Assembly: GCF_964194025.1 (NCBI RefSeq)
Contig: NC_134478.1
Span: 12,710,001-12,774,000 of the forward strand
DNA length: 64,000 nucleotides
Origin: Convolutriloba macropyga
Taxonomy: Eukaryota
Reading direction: 5' to 3'
In this document: positions 1-12,200 of the stretch, one piece after another
How positions within the stretch are numbered: position 1 is the first letter of the stretch
How the letters are laid out: each line of letters starts with the position of its first letter
Notes under the pieces: generated by a model
The model's database searches: none
What the model saw: the letters and a program-made list of their open reading frames with translations, nothing else
What the model was told of the DNA's origin: nothing
Position numbers and translations under genes: made by a program

Positions 1-218
1 CGCATCTACGGAAAATCCCGTCATTACGCCGCAGAATTTTATTGAGCGCAACCTTATCGAAAAGTGTTTTGTGTGACTTTGTTTTTTTTTAATTCTTTTT
101 AGATATTACTCAAAACAAGCAAACAGCAAAAATAATGAAAAATTTTTTGAAAACAAAAAGTACTTTGAGAAATTTCAAAAATTAAAGCAGAAAATTGTAC
201 ATACATTCATAAACCTTG

Positions 219-3200
219 TTAATTTAACTTTTCCTTCTCCCATTGGATAATATTTCTGTTCTTGATTACAACTTTCAAGTTGTACCGCTTCCTCACTCGC
301 TCTTTCCACATTGTCAACCAAGGATAAGATGCTTTGAAATCTTTATATCCCAAAAGATGTGCCTCCTCAGTAGCAGCCTTCCTCAATGCTTCATTTGAGA
401 CTGTGATTAAATTGTCTACAGTTACACATCTGTTGAAAAGACGCTCGTCCAGTTCTTTGTATCTAGACCACTCAGCTGAAACAATTATAACCTCATTTAT
501 AAGCGTATTTTGTTTCCTTGGAGAATATAACATAAATCGAACATAAACCGGCTAACGTCAGACGAATTTCTCTGGAACGACCGGCGAGGCAAACAATTTA
601 GAAGGGGGCCTAGGCTAGAGAAAGTTTTATGATGCAAAAGAAAACGTCTGACTGGAGGGGAGGGGTTTCGAACCCGCGACCTCCCGATAATTGTTGAAGA
701 CAGAAAACTTCTCAACACTAGGCTACACGGGCTAAGCACCGTTATCTCTCACAAGCAATTTTATTTTAGCAACAGACTTAACTTCTGAATGCTCGCAAAT
801 CAAATCACTCAAAACAGTGAAAAAGTCAAGCGCGAAAAGTCACCCGAGAAAACAAATCGATAAAAAGTTCTAGAACAAAACGGTCAAGAGAAAACTTTGC
901 ATAAAAAGACACGCACGTTTACAATAATTGCTTTATGGTTCGATCGAGAGCAACTAATAACCTTATTTGGATATTTTCAGTTTGTAAGCCCAGCTTAGTG
1001 GATGCATATTATTTGCTACCCTCGGAAAATTAGAGCTGTCTAAAAACAACAAAATGACAACTTCTGAGCAGAATGGCTAGCAAAACCTGTAACGGATGTT
1101 AGATCAACCGGAGCAGAAAAAGAACATCAAAAAGCATCTTCCATTTTATTTGGTTTTATCTAGTAACAAAACCTTTTCGTGAAAAATTGATCTATATAAT
1201 ATATCTAAGATGGCTACAGAGATAAAAAAAATTGATCTTTTCCTTTTTTATCACCGCATACATTATTCATTGCCAACACACCTCTCCTACCGTTATATAA
1301 CGAAAAAATAATGTACCCACTGAGATGAGGGTGGGGGCAAAACGGAAAAGATCCTAGTCACTTTGTATTATATTTGCAAACCGTTTTCGATAACTAGACG
1401 GAGCCTCTTAGAACTTAGACAAATGAAAAGAATGAGACTTAAAAAAATTGTTAACGGTCGTTAAAAAAAATCTCGACGAAATAAAAAAAACATAGAAGGA
1501 CAAATTCTGAATTACAATCCCAAGAACAAACAAACTGAAAACCTGACTTTTAGTATTCGTAGAAGAACAACTTCTAAAACATAGCATACATCAATACAAA
1601 CACTAAACAAACAGCAATAAAGAGGTCATTTTTAGAGCAGTTTTTTTAAAATTCTGAGAACAGTTTTTAAAAACAAACTATTGACTAGATGAGAGAAAAA
1701 ATTAAGATATTATGAAACAATTTACAAAACAGAAACTTCGACGGTACACACCAAAATTAAAGAAAACATGAGAGACCAAGTAAAAAGACAAGAGATAGCA
1801 TTACACAAACCTCTTTGAAAATCAAAATAGGCCACATAAATCCGTTAAAATGCGTAATTAGTACTTCGAAAACTTTAGACAATAAAAATTACCTATTAGA
1901 AAGCACGTAAAAAATTTCGTGCAGCTGAATCCAGGGGATAATGTAGCAAAACAAACAATCAAAGCACGCAAGCAACGAAGTTCACTGAAATCTGATCTCT
2001 TTTCAAAATGAAGGGTTCCAAAGTAAAAACAAAATTAGCTCTAAACCTGAACCTTTAAAAGATTCAATTTTGTCACAATTTCAAGAAACAATGAGATCTG
2101 CCAATAGTGAGACTCAGAGACTAAAAACTAAACAGATTTTAACAATATGAAATATGTCAAGGGAAGTATTCCTAAGCGCTGGCATTATAAAGCATGAACA
2201 AGTGTGTTTTGTTTTGTCTGATTCACAAAGTATATGACACAAGTCATTACCGAGGTTAAATAGCAAGTCAACAAAAAGAAGAAGCAGACAAAAGTAAAAA
2301 CAGATCACTGCAATCTTTTATCAAATAGTCAGTGTCAGTAGAACTAATAAAAATGGGAAACGGCAAATTTGACACAAATTTCATTTATCATTTAAAAGAT
2401 ATATTTTAGGTTAATCTAGATTCGCTGGCAATAGTAGTTTTATAACACATTCTTAGGAAGCGGAGGTAGAAATAGCCTTGATCTGAGTAAAATATTGCGT
2501 CTGCAATTTTTAGGTTTTTATTTCCCCGCAAATTTTGACTAAGTGGGCTAAGGCAGAATATTTGAATCCAATTTTTCATGACAAATGCCAAATTTCCGGA
2601 AATTAGCCAAAATTTTAGCTACAAAAGTTGATCAAACAGTTCAGCAACTCACCACTAACTATGACGGTAAAACCAATAATACTATCGTTAACAATTTTAT
2701 GATATTTACCAGAACTGATCAAAATTTGAGCGAAGAACATACCGACTAACGTCTGTTGAATTGCTCTCGAACGACAGGCCGGGACAATTAGATTTAGGAG
2801 CACACTTAGAAATGTTGTTGGTGCAAAACTCGGACCTGATATTGATTCGAACCCCGAACACCAAGATAGCAGTTAGATATCATAACCACTAAGCTACAAC
2901 GGCGTTGTTACGCCACCGCTACCAATCACTTTTATATTAGCAACAAATTTCAGTTCACAATGCGAGCAATTGAAGTCACGAAAAATGAAGAAGTTTAGCG
3001 TAAAAAAGTTACTTGAGAAGTCACAGAATGATATAGAACAAAAGCACAAAAATGGTCAAGCGAGAATTTTGCATTAAAAAACCAACAAGTTTACAACAAT
3101 TGCGTCAAACTTCGTTCGAGAGCAATTAATTAGGGAAAACAAAACAAAACAACCGAAATCAGGCAAACGTTCACAAAACTTCTAACCTCAATAACTCCTC

Positions 3201-4887
3201 GAAAAAGAGCAAATTACAAAAATTCTTTTCTATTTGATATTATACAATTGACGGCCTTTCTAATGATACCACTCAATTCTGTCGGCCAAAATTGACCAAA
3301 CAAAAAAACAGTTGAAAATCTAGACCCCCACCACCACGAAGCTGGGGTCCGAAAGGTAGTTCAAAAATAAAAACTAGTAGTTCAAACATAAAAAGGAAAT
3401 TGAAGAGCTTCCTTACCTTTGTTAACCAACCGCCTTGTGGGTCCTTTAGAATTGCTGCCCGAGTTGATATTCTTAGCAGCCCACAATCTCAACTTCTCTC
3501 TGTCTTTATACCAACTATAAACTTGTTTCCTGTTAATTTGAAATTTCTCTGCAGTCGCTGCCATGTTCATGTTGTTCTCGACCAACCATTCGACAACGCA
3601 CAGTTTGAAATCAACGGCGTAAGAGGACTTTCGGTTAGTCGAAGGTTTGCTCAGTGCCAGACCTAACAAATGAGCTTGAGTTAGAGCTTGATCAGAGAGC
3701 GGCAGAATTCTCGACGAACTTGTGTCGTCGTAAGTTTTTGAATTATGAATCGCTGTTTTCTGCCATTGCGGTTCCTCCATTTGAGCACCAACGTCGAAAC
3801 TTTTTGATTTATCAGCTAGAAATTCGAAGAAATCATCTGGCAATGTTTCGAATTTGGGTTCCTTCGAACTTAACGCCGCACTTTTCTCAGCCTCTGACTT
3901 TGTTTTTCTGACATAGGGAACAAATTGTACTTTTGACACAAAATCTGAATAAGAATCAACAATTTGTTGTTTAACTTTTGCAGAGGTCACAATTTTGGAC
4001 AGATCTGGAACCACGTGGCAAACGATTGGAGACGTACAAGATCGCTCTAAGTCCACTTTTTGAAAAGTTTTACTACCATTGGGACTAATTTCAGATAGAC
4101 TTTGAGTTGCGAAATTGTGCTCAGTTCTATTCGGTTTTTCTAAAATTTGAATCGCCCCAGATTTCGATATCGACTTTTTAGTTTTCTCATTCTGTCGGTC
4201 AAATTTAGAGCTGTTGTACTTATTAGAATCGGAGCGCAAATTGGATTCTTTTATTAAAGATGCCCTTTTTAGCACTTGGGTAAAATCAACTTTCTTCAAT
4301 TTGATAAAACTCGTTTCATTTACAATTTCAACACTTGAGCAACTTCCAGGTGATTTTTCATTAGAGCAGTTGATATGTCCGCCTGGTTTCGATTCACTTT
4401 GATTTGGCAATTTTTCAGTTTCAACTTCATGCCGATTATTTTGCGAAAAATTATCCCCCGAATGGCCAATTCGATTCGTTTGAGACACCAAGTCCTTTTT
4501 CGTACTTCGTTTCTGTTTCTGGGGTACTTCCAAATCAAGCCCAGTTTTAGTGCTAATACATTCTGCGCTACGCTTTCTACTTCTAAGCATATCTTGGTGG
4601 TTTGCTTGCGCGTTCTTTGTGATCAAGGCTGAATATTTGTATGTTGCCCGTTTGTGTACTTTAGGAATGTTTTGATGCCTTGAAACTGGTTCCGGGTTCG
4701 GTATAACTAACACATGTCCGTTTTTGTCCCACGTGTTATTTTCTCGAGGAAACGTGTCCAATTTATCAAACTTTTCTGTCGTTTCATCCTTTTGTGACTT
4801 GTGATTTTGTTTATTGGCAACTATTTCGCGTTCGTATGTTGTATTGGTGATAAGATTCTGCAAACTGTTAATGGCATTATATGGCAT
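219..4887 (-). CDS. Two-exon pogo/Tigger-derived DNA-binding protein (Brinker-type DBD + CENP-B/Tc5 HTH, no DDE domain); exons 4887-3417 and 475-219, about 574 aa
   Basis: ORF 3382..4887 ends in a BrkDBD-like segment (RKSSYAVDFKLCVVEW...AEKFQINRKQVYSWYKDREKL). ORF 219..533 is a CENP-B HTH (YKELDERLFN...ALRKAATEEAHLLGYKDFKASYPWLTMWKER). The phase-1 donor AAAG|gtaagg at 3417/3416 matches the phase-1 acceptor tttcag|CT at 476/475, giving ...RRLVNK-A-EWSRYKEL. Confidence 0.8.
545..957 (-). mobile_element. Helentron-associated non-autonomous element (HINE/DINE-1-like) with internal tRNA-like cassette, copy A
   Basis: Homologous over about 400 bp to copies at 2741, 17661 and 19366; degenerate terminal hairpin (ccggc taac gtcag), subTIRs (aatttctctggaacga / ttcgatcgagagcaact) and B box (ttcgaacc). 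Confidence 0.65.
2741..3129 (-). mobile_element. HINE/DINE-1-like element with tRNA-like cassette, copy B (best preserved ends)
   Basis: Perfect 16-bp inverted repeat AATTGCTCTCGAACGA (2759-2774) / TCGTTCGAGAGCAATT (3112-3127); hairpin remnant ccgac-taac-gtc outside the left IR; minus-strand A box TAGCTTAGTGGTTA and B box GGTTCGAATC. Confidence 0.7.
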
Positions 4888-6118
4888 GCTACACTGAAAT
4901 TAACGGAAAGTTGGCATCATGGAAAGATATTATCAATGAAGATTTTAGGCAATTAACCAATTCTAGTAAATATGGATGGATAAAGAATAGGCCACTGAAA
5001 AGTGTGTATATCGTGTTTTAATGACATTTTCGATGCAAGGTGTTGGGAAAATGAGGTCATTATTTTTGAAACAACGAGATACAAATTATGATACTTTCCG
5101 AGCTATTAGCACTTCAGCCACTCACTAGAAGTAACGAAAAACCGTTCATTTTAAAATGGATATCATCGATTAAAAGATTTCTAGCGAAAGTCGCAATTAT
5201 TTCAGTTTTGGCATATTTTTAGCTCGAAGAAACAGTCATATATATAAATTTCTATTTATAATCTGAAAAAATCTCATTTTAAAAATAACAATTTGATTAG
5301 ATACCTTCGAACACTGCTGTGCTTCAAAATTTTAGGTTTTCACCCAGAGATGCAAAATTCTCCACCAAAATTTTCAAGTTTTGAAAGTCCTACAGCAATA
5401 TGATGACCAGCATTTTTAGCGCACAAAGAAATCATGCTTGAAATGCCACTGAAATTTTAATATCCATAAATTTGTAAAATTACATGCACGTTTTAAAAGG
5501 CCAGGTCAGTTTTAAAACGCCCGATTTTGAAACTCGCGAAAAGTAAAAATCAAGCAAGGTTAGGGGACTCTGCTAAAGTAAATCCAAATTCTGGCTCACA
5601 TCGCAAATCACTGCGCAATTTTGATTAATAATACATTTTCTCAGAGTCACGTAACCTATACAACTGAAAAGAAATGATAAAAGATAGACTGCCATTTCAT
5701 TTTAGCACAAAATTTACCAAAATCTTGAAGCTCTTGAATAATACAAATGGCCACAGAATTCAACGAATTTTTGGGATACTCCAGGCACCAACGGCATTAA
5801 ACACAAAGAGATATCTAGCGCCTCTAAGATATCAAAGATAGCCTTTTATTTCATTTTCAAAATCATGAAAGCATCAGGAGTTTAATTGCAGCAAAAATCT
5901 TTCTAAAAATTTCGAGAAAAATAGCGCAGGACAAACTTGACATGCAATTTCTTGTGCGCCGAATAATTCAAAAGTTGTATGTTTAGCTGAATTCCTCTTT
6001 TAAACAATAAATCCAAACAACTAAACTGAGGAAAAAAGCTTTTTTCCCTTCCACGTGTATGGTGATCCCCTAATCTTTTGCTCTAAAAATTATCCTTTCG
6101 AGTAATTTGAATGCAAGT

Positions 6119-6350
6119 CAGAGCTAGAAATTCAATATCGCCATGTTAGAGTAGTGGATCAACTCACCCCATGCATTTGATTGCTCAATTGAAAAAACTT
6201 GTTTGGCGACGGTTGGTTTTAAGATAACTGAATTGTATTTAATTTGACGGTCGATTGCAAAAAGGCAGGCGCAATTGGGGGGAATCTGATAGCTCTTACC
6301 ATGTTTCTACTCCACCGCTCTAACATGGCAACAAAGAACTTTTAGCTCTG
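6119..6350. mobile_element. MITE-like element with about 40-bp imperfect terminal inverted repeats
   Basis: cagagctagaaattcaatatcgccatgttagagtagtgga at the left end versus tccaccgctctaacatggcaacaaagaacttttagctctg at the right end; no TSD recognised. Confidence 0.55.
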
Positions 6351-6999
6351 AGAATGAACAAATTGAAAAGAATTTAGATGAAAAACCTCATCAAGTCGGC
6401 AACGAAGACTTCTCTTTGACTCTATTTCGTGGCTCTTAACAAACTATTAGGAACCAAATGATATCATCACCCGACACGTTAATTTAATTTTTTTTCTTAT
6501 ATTCTCTTATTTTACTTCCCTTTTTTTACCATTAAGTAACATTCTTTCACAATTTAAATCAAGGCACAGCAATGTTTTAATTTCAAAAACTTAGCCTTCT
6601 TTTACATTATTGTATTTAATGATAAAAATTAGGCATGTCTAATGACATCAATTTGCATGTCACGCATTTTTGAATCCTTACAACATATGTTAAGGTTTCA
6701 AGATTTTCTAGTGGATCTTCAGAGCTGGGCGACAATCTACTTCGGGTGCTGATTTACTAAACTTAAGTATTATAATGATTAATTGAACTGATCAATAAGA
6801 TAACAGTTTTTTCGAGTGATGATGAGGCTTCTTTAAGTAAATAAGAGAACTTTAAATCAACAATAAGTTTATTTCAAAAATATGGTAAATTCTAATAGTT
6901 ATTCAAATGTTGAATATGACTCCCCTCTCTTTCGAGGTAAATGTTTCCCAAGTACCTAATTATTTTTCTGTCTATTATCACTGCCATGACGCATGGTCT

Positions 7000-8930
7000 G
7001 CAGGAAAGTGATATTTCGAGCAACGTTATTCAAGTTTTGGATGAAGTATCGAGTTGAAAAGTTTGAGCGAAAGGCTCAGTCAGTCGCAACTAACACCCGA
7101 TATTGTAGTAACCGTTGTGCAGTTGATATTGCTCCGGTTAATAGTTGAAAGCTTCTCCAAATGTTTCTCATTGTAAGGAATAAAGAACAAATGCTCTTCA
7201 AATCACTTGCACTTAGAGCTATACGCAAATGAGGATGTGATTTGGGCAAAGAATTTTTCTCAATTTCATTTTGCGGATGAATATCAACTGACCTGCCGTT
7301 TAGTTCTGATCGAAGCATGATATGCCACCGGTCTTATATTTTTGAGGGACAATTTTGAATAGCTGATTGATCATCAGATTTAACTCCTATTACAGGTTTA
7401 GTCTTACGTTTTGTCGTCTTCGACCTTGCGAAACAATGGGAATCATCACTAACAACTCATTTTTATTAAAATGAACAATGCGGCATCCTAGAAAAAGTAA
7501 TCATCTTTAATGAGGATGCAAATATACTGTAAACCAAAAAGTTTGAACCAGTCCAGTTTTTGATCTAAATTTCTTCATTCAATTGCTCACAAAGTCAGAA
7601 GTCATGTCACATGCTCATTAAACGCCTCATCAATTTCACACAAACTCAACTTTGTACAATGTCGATTGGATGTTGAGATAAACACAAGTTAAGAAGTCCA
7701 GACATGAAGTTGTGTTAATGCCAAGCGAAACGGCCAGACATTTATACCAACCAAATTAGATGAGCCGACAAGTCAAAAGAGCCATGTAGGGGCCCTAGCA
7801 ACAGCCGGAATTGGTCTACTTGAAAGCGGACGAGTTATGGGACGTGCAGGAGGATGTGTGACGCAAGAGGAAATCTTGGAAGGCGTCAAGATGAAGCCTA
7901 ATCAAATGCCCAAAATATGGAGCAGTTAAACATCTACACCGAAGTTTTGATAGATTACGTAGGACAAAAAAGAGACAAGCGACAAATTTTTCATTATTAG
8001 TAACAAATTGGCATATATATGAGACACAAACAAATGTTCGAGACGAATAAAAAGAGGGCAAAAATGAGTGACCGTTTGCTTGCTAACACTTTTGTACGCC
8101 GACGTTAAAGCTATATGCCTCCGAACGCCTCTGTATGCCAGACCACTTAATTTGCTACATTGATCCCAAATTTTCTCCAGACAGACCTTTATATGCCGCT
8201 AGTACTACGAGAATCCTTAATGGCAGTACTAGAGTGTCGATCGAGAACAAGACAGGCTATTACTAGGTATTCCCACACAAGACATCATTTCATACTATGA
8301 TGATGCCTAACTGTTACGAGACGCGATACAGTTGAACACGTTATCATTGTGACTTTAGTGATACAACTTGAATCATGTCAACCAATTTTTAGAGCTAATA
8401 ATGCGCGAACCGTACCAATGCCTCAACAAGAACCTCAAATGGCAATTAAGTTGAGAATCGAAACGCCATATCTTGCAATATCTGAGGACCAAACGGAATC
8501 AATCTGGTTGACAGCGAAACCGTTCGAACAGTCATTGGAATCTTCAGATAAGAAAGAAGATGGGTCTTATTAAGTAAATATTAGAACTTTAAGTCAACAG
8601 TAAGTCATTTCACAAGTTTGACAAATTCCAATAATTATTCAAAGTTATTCAAAGGTCAAACGACATGACGTTTAATCTAGAAGATGCGTATATAGAAAAC
8701 ATCAAAGATAACTTGCTATCATGTTTTAATTGAGGCCTGGGTGTCTCATTTAGTTTGTTATAATAGGTACTGACAAATTATCGCACTGTTTATATTGCTT
8801 ACTGTCGAGAATAGTTCTATAGCTACTCAACGTTTCAACAAAAGAGGACTTAGACGTCAAATTACAAAAAAGACAAATTTCTAGTTATGTCTCCAAACTC
8901 AATACCCATTGAATGATTAACCATTATCCA
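7000..8930 (+). mobile_element. Heavily decayed LTR-retroelement remnant with an F-type env fragment
   Basis: ORF 8349..8573 reads FRANNARTVPMPQQEPQMAIKLRIETPYLAISEDQTES, which resembles the xxPxP...YLAIS segment of F-type retroelement envelopes and parallels the LYQTVAIPQP segment of the element at 52.08 kb. The upstream pol-like part is barely readable and the boundaries are approximate. Confidence 0.4.
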
Positions 8931-8939
8931 CTACCGCAA

Positions 8940-9030
8940 AGAATTGCTCTGGAACCACTGGCTGGGGCTCGATTCTAATGCAACCTGCATTAGAGAGCAA
9001 TTCAAATCCCGCAAAACACAAAAAGTCAAG
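8940..9030 (-). mobile_element. Short deletion derivative of the HINE-like family
   Basis: gaattgctctggaacc ... gagagcaattcaaatc...aaaagtcaag matches the left subTIR and the internal subTIR copy of the family. Confidence 0.45.
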
Positions 9031-9285
9031 GACATGTTAAAATTTTCGATGTAAGCGAGTTTATGCAATATGTACGTTTTGAGTATCGTGATTCGCATAA
9101 AGACTCACTCATTTCTTAAAATTGTGTTAGAATAACAATTTTGTCAGCCAGCGTTAATTGAGGAAATTAATAAATACAGAATTTTTCAGCAACAGCAAAA
9201 GCTGCCTAGCCCCTAGTATTCAAATAAATAAAAATCTAACAGAAATTGGTACACTATAATCAATTTTTACATCCTAAGTTTGATG

Positions 9286-12200
9286 TCAGCTAAAAACTGG
9301 CATTAATGGATTCTTTTTAGGCTTCTTCGGCTCAGGTGGCGCTTTTTCAACAACTGATTCTGAATTTTCAGCAACCGGTGTCACAACTTCACTATTGTCC
9401 GCACTTGAGTTTGGAAGTTGTGCAGGTGGCGATAATGTGTCAAATTTGGGAGCGAGTGGATTCTTCTTAGACGTTACAGTTGTTGCCGTAGAAACTAATT
9501 CAGTACTAAGAGATACAGGAATTACAGACGATGGTTTGTTCTGCCGCATATCAACATCTCCAAAACAATCATCTGCGTTCACAAATTCTGGTGTTTGATT
9601 TGATACTTTTGGTTTTTCTCTTGGTTTCGGGTTGTAACTGCTTAGTTTCCTGGTTGTTGGTTGCAAATTTGATGTGACGTGAGATCTCGAGCCGCTTGTC
9701 GTTAATGTTAAGCGGGGAGGTTCCGACGCAATAAGGGGTTCTGGAGGCGGGTGAGAAAATGATGGCGGAGGCTCTTGGGTTAGCAAGGGGAATTGAGGCG
9801 CTACCGGGGGTGGGAAATCAGGGAAATGCGTCACTGGTAGAGCATCTGGACGCTCGGTTGACAGGGTGTGTTGTTGATGCATGGTTCTCAAGTCAACGTC
9901 CTGGTTCGGCATTATAAGAGGGGTTCCTATTAACATTGATGCGTCTTGAATAAATGGACTAAGTGCATTCGAAGGTGGTAGAATTGCCGAGGTCGCAGCT
10001 GGAATGTGTCGAGGGGTTGGGAAATGGGGAACTGAAGCGAGCGAATTTGGGGTTATAGAAGTTGGTTGTTTGTTTATTTGTCGATAATCTGTATCTCCAG
10101 GCCGTCTATGTCCTTCATCACCCATAGAAGTTCCTACCATGTTTATTGGTGCATCAAAGTTGTTCACACCACTAGATTCAGTAGGAAACCGTTTCGGTTG
10201 ATTTGGAACGACTCTTGCTGAAGCTAGTCGAGGATCTAACGCCGGCTGAGGTGCACTTAAATTGTTCAGGCTATAATTGGGAGGAGCGCTTGTGGGTGAA
10301 ATGTAAGTTGGCGAGAATTCCGGCCTAAAACTACCGGATGATTGCTTTTCAGGGTGGAACGAGTTTCGAATTGATGGGTTTGGAAATAGTCGGCTGGTTA
10401 AATCAGGTTGCACTAAGAGAGAGTTATCTTCGTCATCATTGTCATTTTGAACCCAAAAATCGTCAATGACAAATTGGGTAGCCCAAAAATCAGTTACTAG
10501 AAATCTCATTAATATAAGAGCACTATTGGTTCTAGGGTCAAAAGGAGGTTCATCGGGATCGATCCAGTCAAGTGGGACATAGCGGGTGTCATACGTTCCC
10601 GAATATGCCCCTGGGCTTCGGCGATGAGGTAATTTGTTGCTTGGAGGGGGTTGTTTTTGATCTTGGACACTTGATTGCTGTTGATGAGCAATTGGACTCG
10701 TATCTGGTTGCTGATAATTAAGCGATTGGGTTTGGTAATTTTGAACCGAAGTATCTTCATAAGAACTTGAGGAAAATTGTTGGACTGCATGCTGGGATCG
10801 TGAGGGGCCTGGTTTCCTTTGTTCTGAGGAATCATCAACGTCTCCATCTAGTAGTTTAATTGGTTTGATCTTCCGTAAGGGCCTCCGAACCCTTTCAATT
10901 TCTATGTCGTTGTTCCATCTTTTAACTCTTTTCAAATCCTTTCTGAAATTCGAAGCTCTTAATTTTCTGTTCATAGCTAGCAACCGCGGGTCAGGCAATC
11001 CGCTCAAACTGATTTGCTCGTCTGCGAATTTCTTAATCCTCGGGTTCTTAAAGAAGGGCTCGTAAGTTCCTCGATGCTGTTCTTTCGATGAATCATTTGC
11101 AATTTCAGGAGAATCGTTTTCGGCCATTTGGTCATCAGTTGGTTTCGCCAAATTTGATTTCAGGCTTGCTAGAATATCAACAGACGTTAAATTTCTATTT
11201 TCGCACTCCGGTTCTCCAGCAAACAATGAGCGTATATTTTCTGGAATTTCAATTTCACTTGCGTTGATATTGCTGACATCTGCGTTAACCAAGCCAGTGA
11301 CTTGATCATGCAAAGAACCCATATTGCATGCGATATTCGCAAACTCCATTTCTTTCTGCGGTGATCGAATAAGACTTTGGAAGCCATGACTTGGGCTTGA
11401 CGATTCCTGGTTCTCGAATTGAGTTTGCGGTTTCAAGCAAGCCTTGGCGATTTTGTAGTTAGCTTCAACTTGTGGAATCGTTGACGGTGGTTCGTCAACA
11501 ATCGATTCCGAACATGATTCGATGTCGTTGAGACTTCCTCTAAATGATCGCGCCTCTTCCTCCGAGAGCACGCCCACAGGTTCCTGGACCCATTGACGTG
11601 TAGGGTTACAGATTCGAACGTCTCGGGAGAAAACGTCGTCTTCTGATTTGGGCGTATGCAAGGTGGGCGATATGAATTCGGGCATGTCAAGGGTAATTGC
11701 AATATTCGAAGATTGAGATAATCGCCGTGGTTCCATGGCAATGGTTCTGTTATCCATGAAGACAGGTTCTGGTGGGGGCTCGGCTGCAAAATATTCCGGT
11801 TCTTCTTTGATATCGGGTAGGTTCTGACATAACATAGCACCGTTTACATCTTTCTTGGGCAATGATCTCAGTTGTTGCTGGTGTTCGACTTCACAGGACG
11901 CAGTCTGGTTATGATCGCCAGCAATTTTTCGTTGCTCTCGAATAAAATCATCAACTGACTTCTCTGTTTCCTCAAGCTTGGCTTCATTTCTTGCCGTTTC
12001 CAAAAACAGATCTAGTTCTTTTTCAACATCAAAACTCTCATCATGAGGGTTTTCATTGCATTCTCCGAACTCCCCTTCTTCTAGATCGCATTCAATTTTC
12101 GTTAAAACGGTCAAATTGTTACTGTTGACAAATTTTCCGACATCAAAGTTTCGCCGAGCGTCGTAGTTTTGATTAAAGGTTCGGGTTTGTTCAGTTTTGG

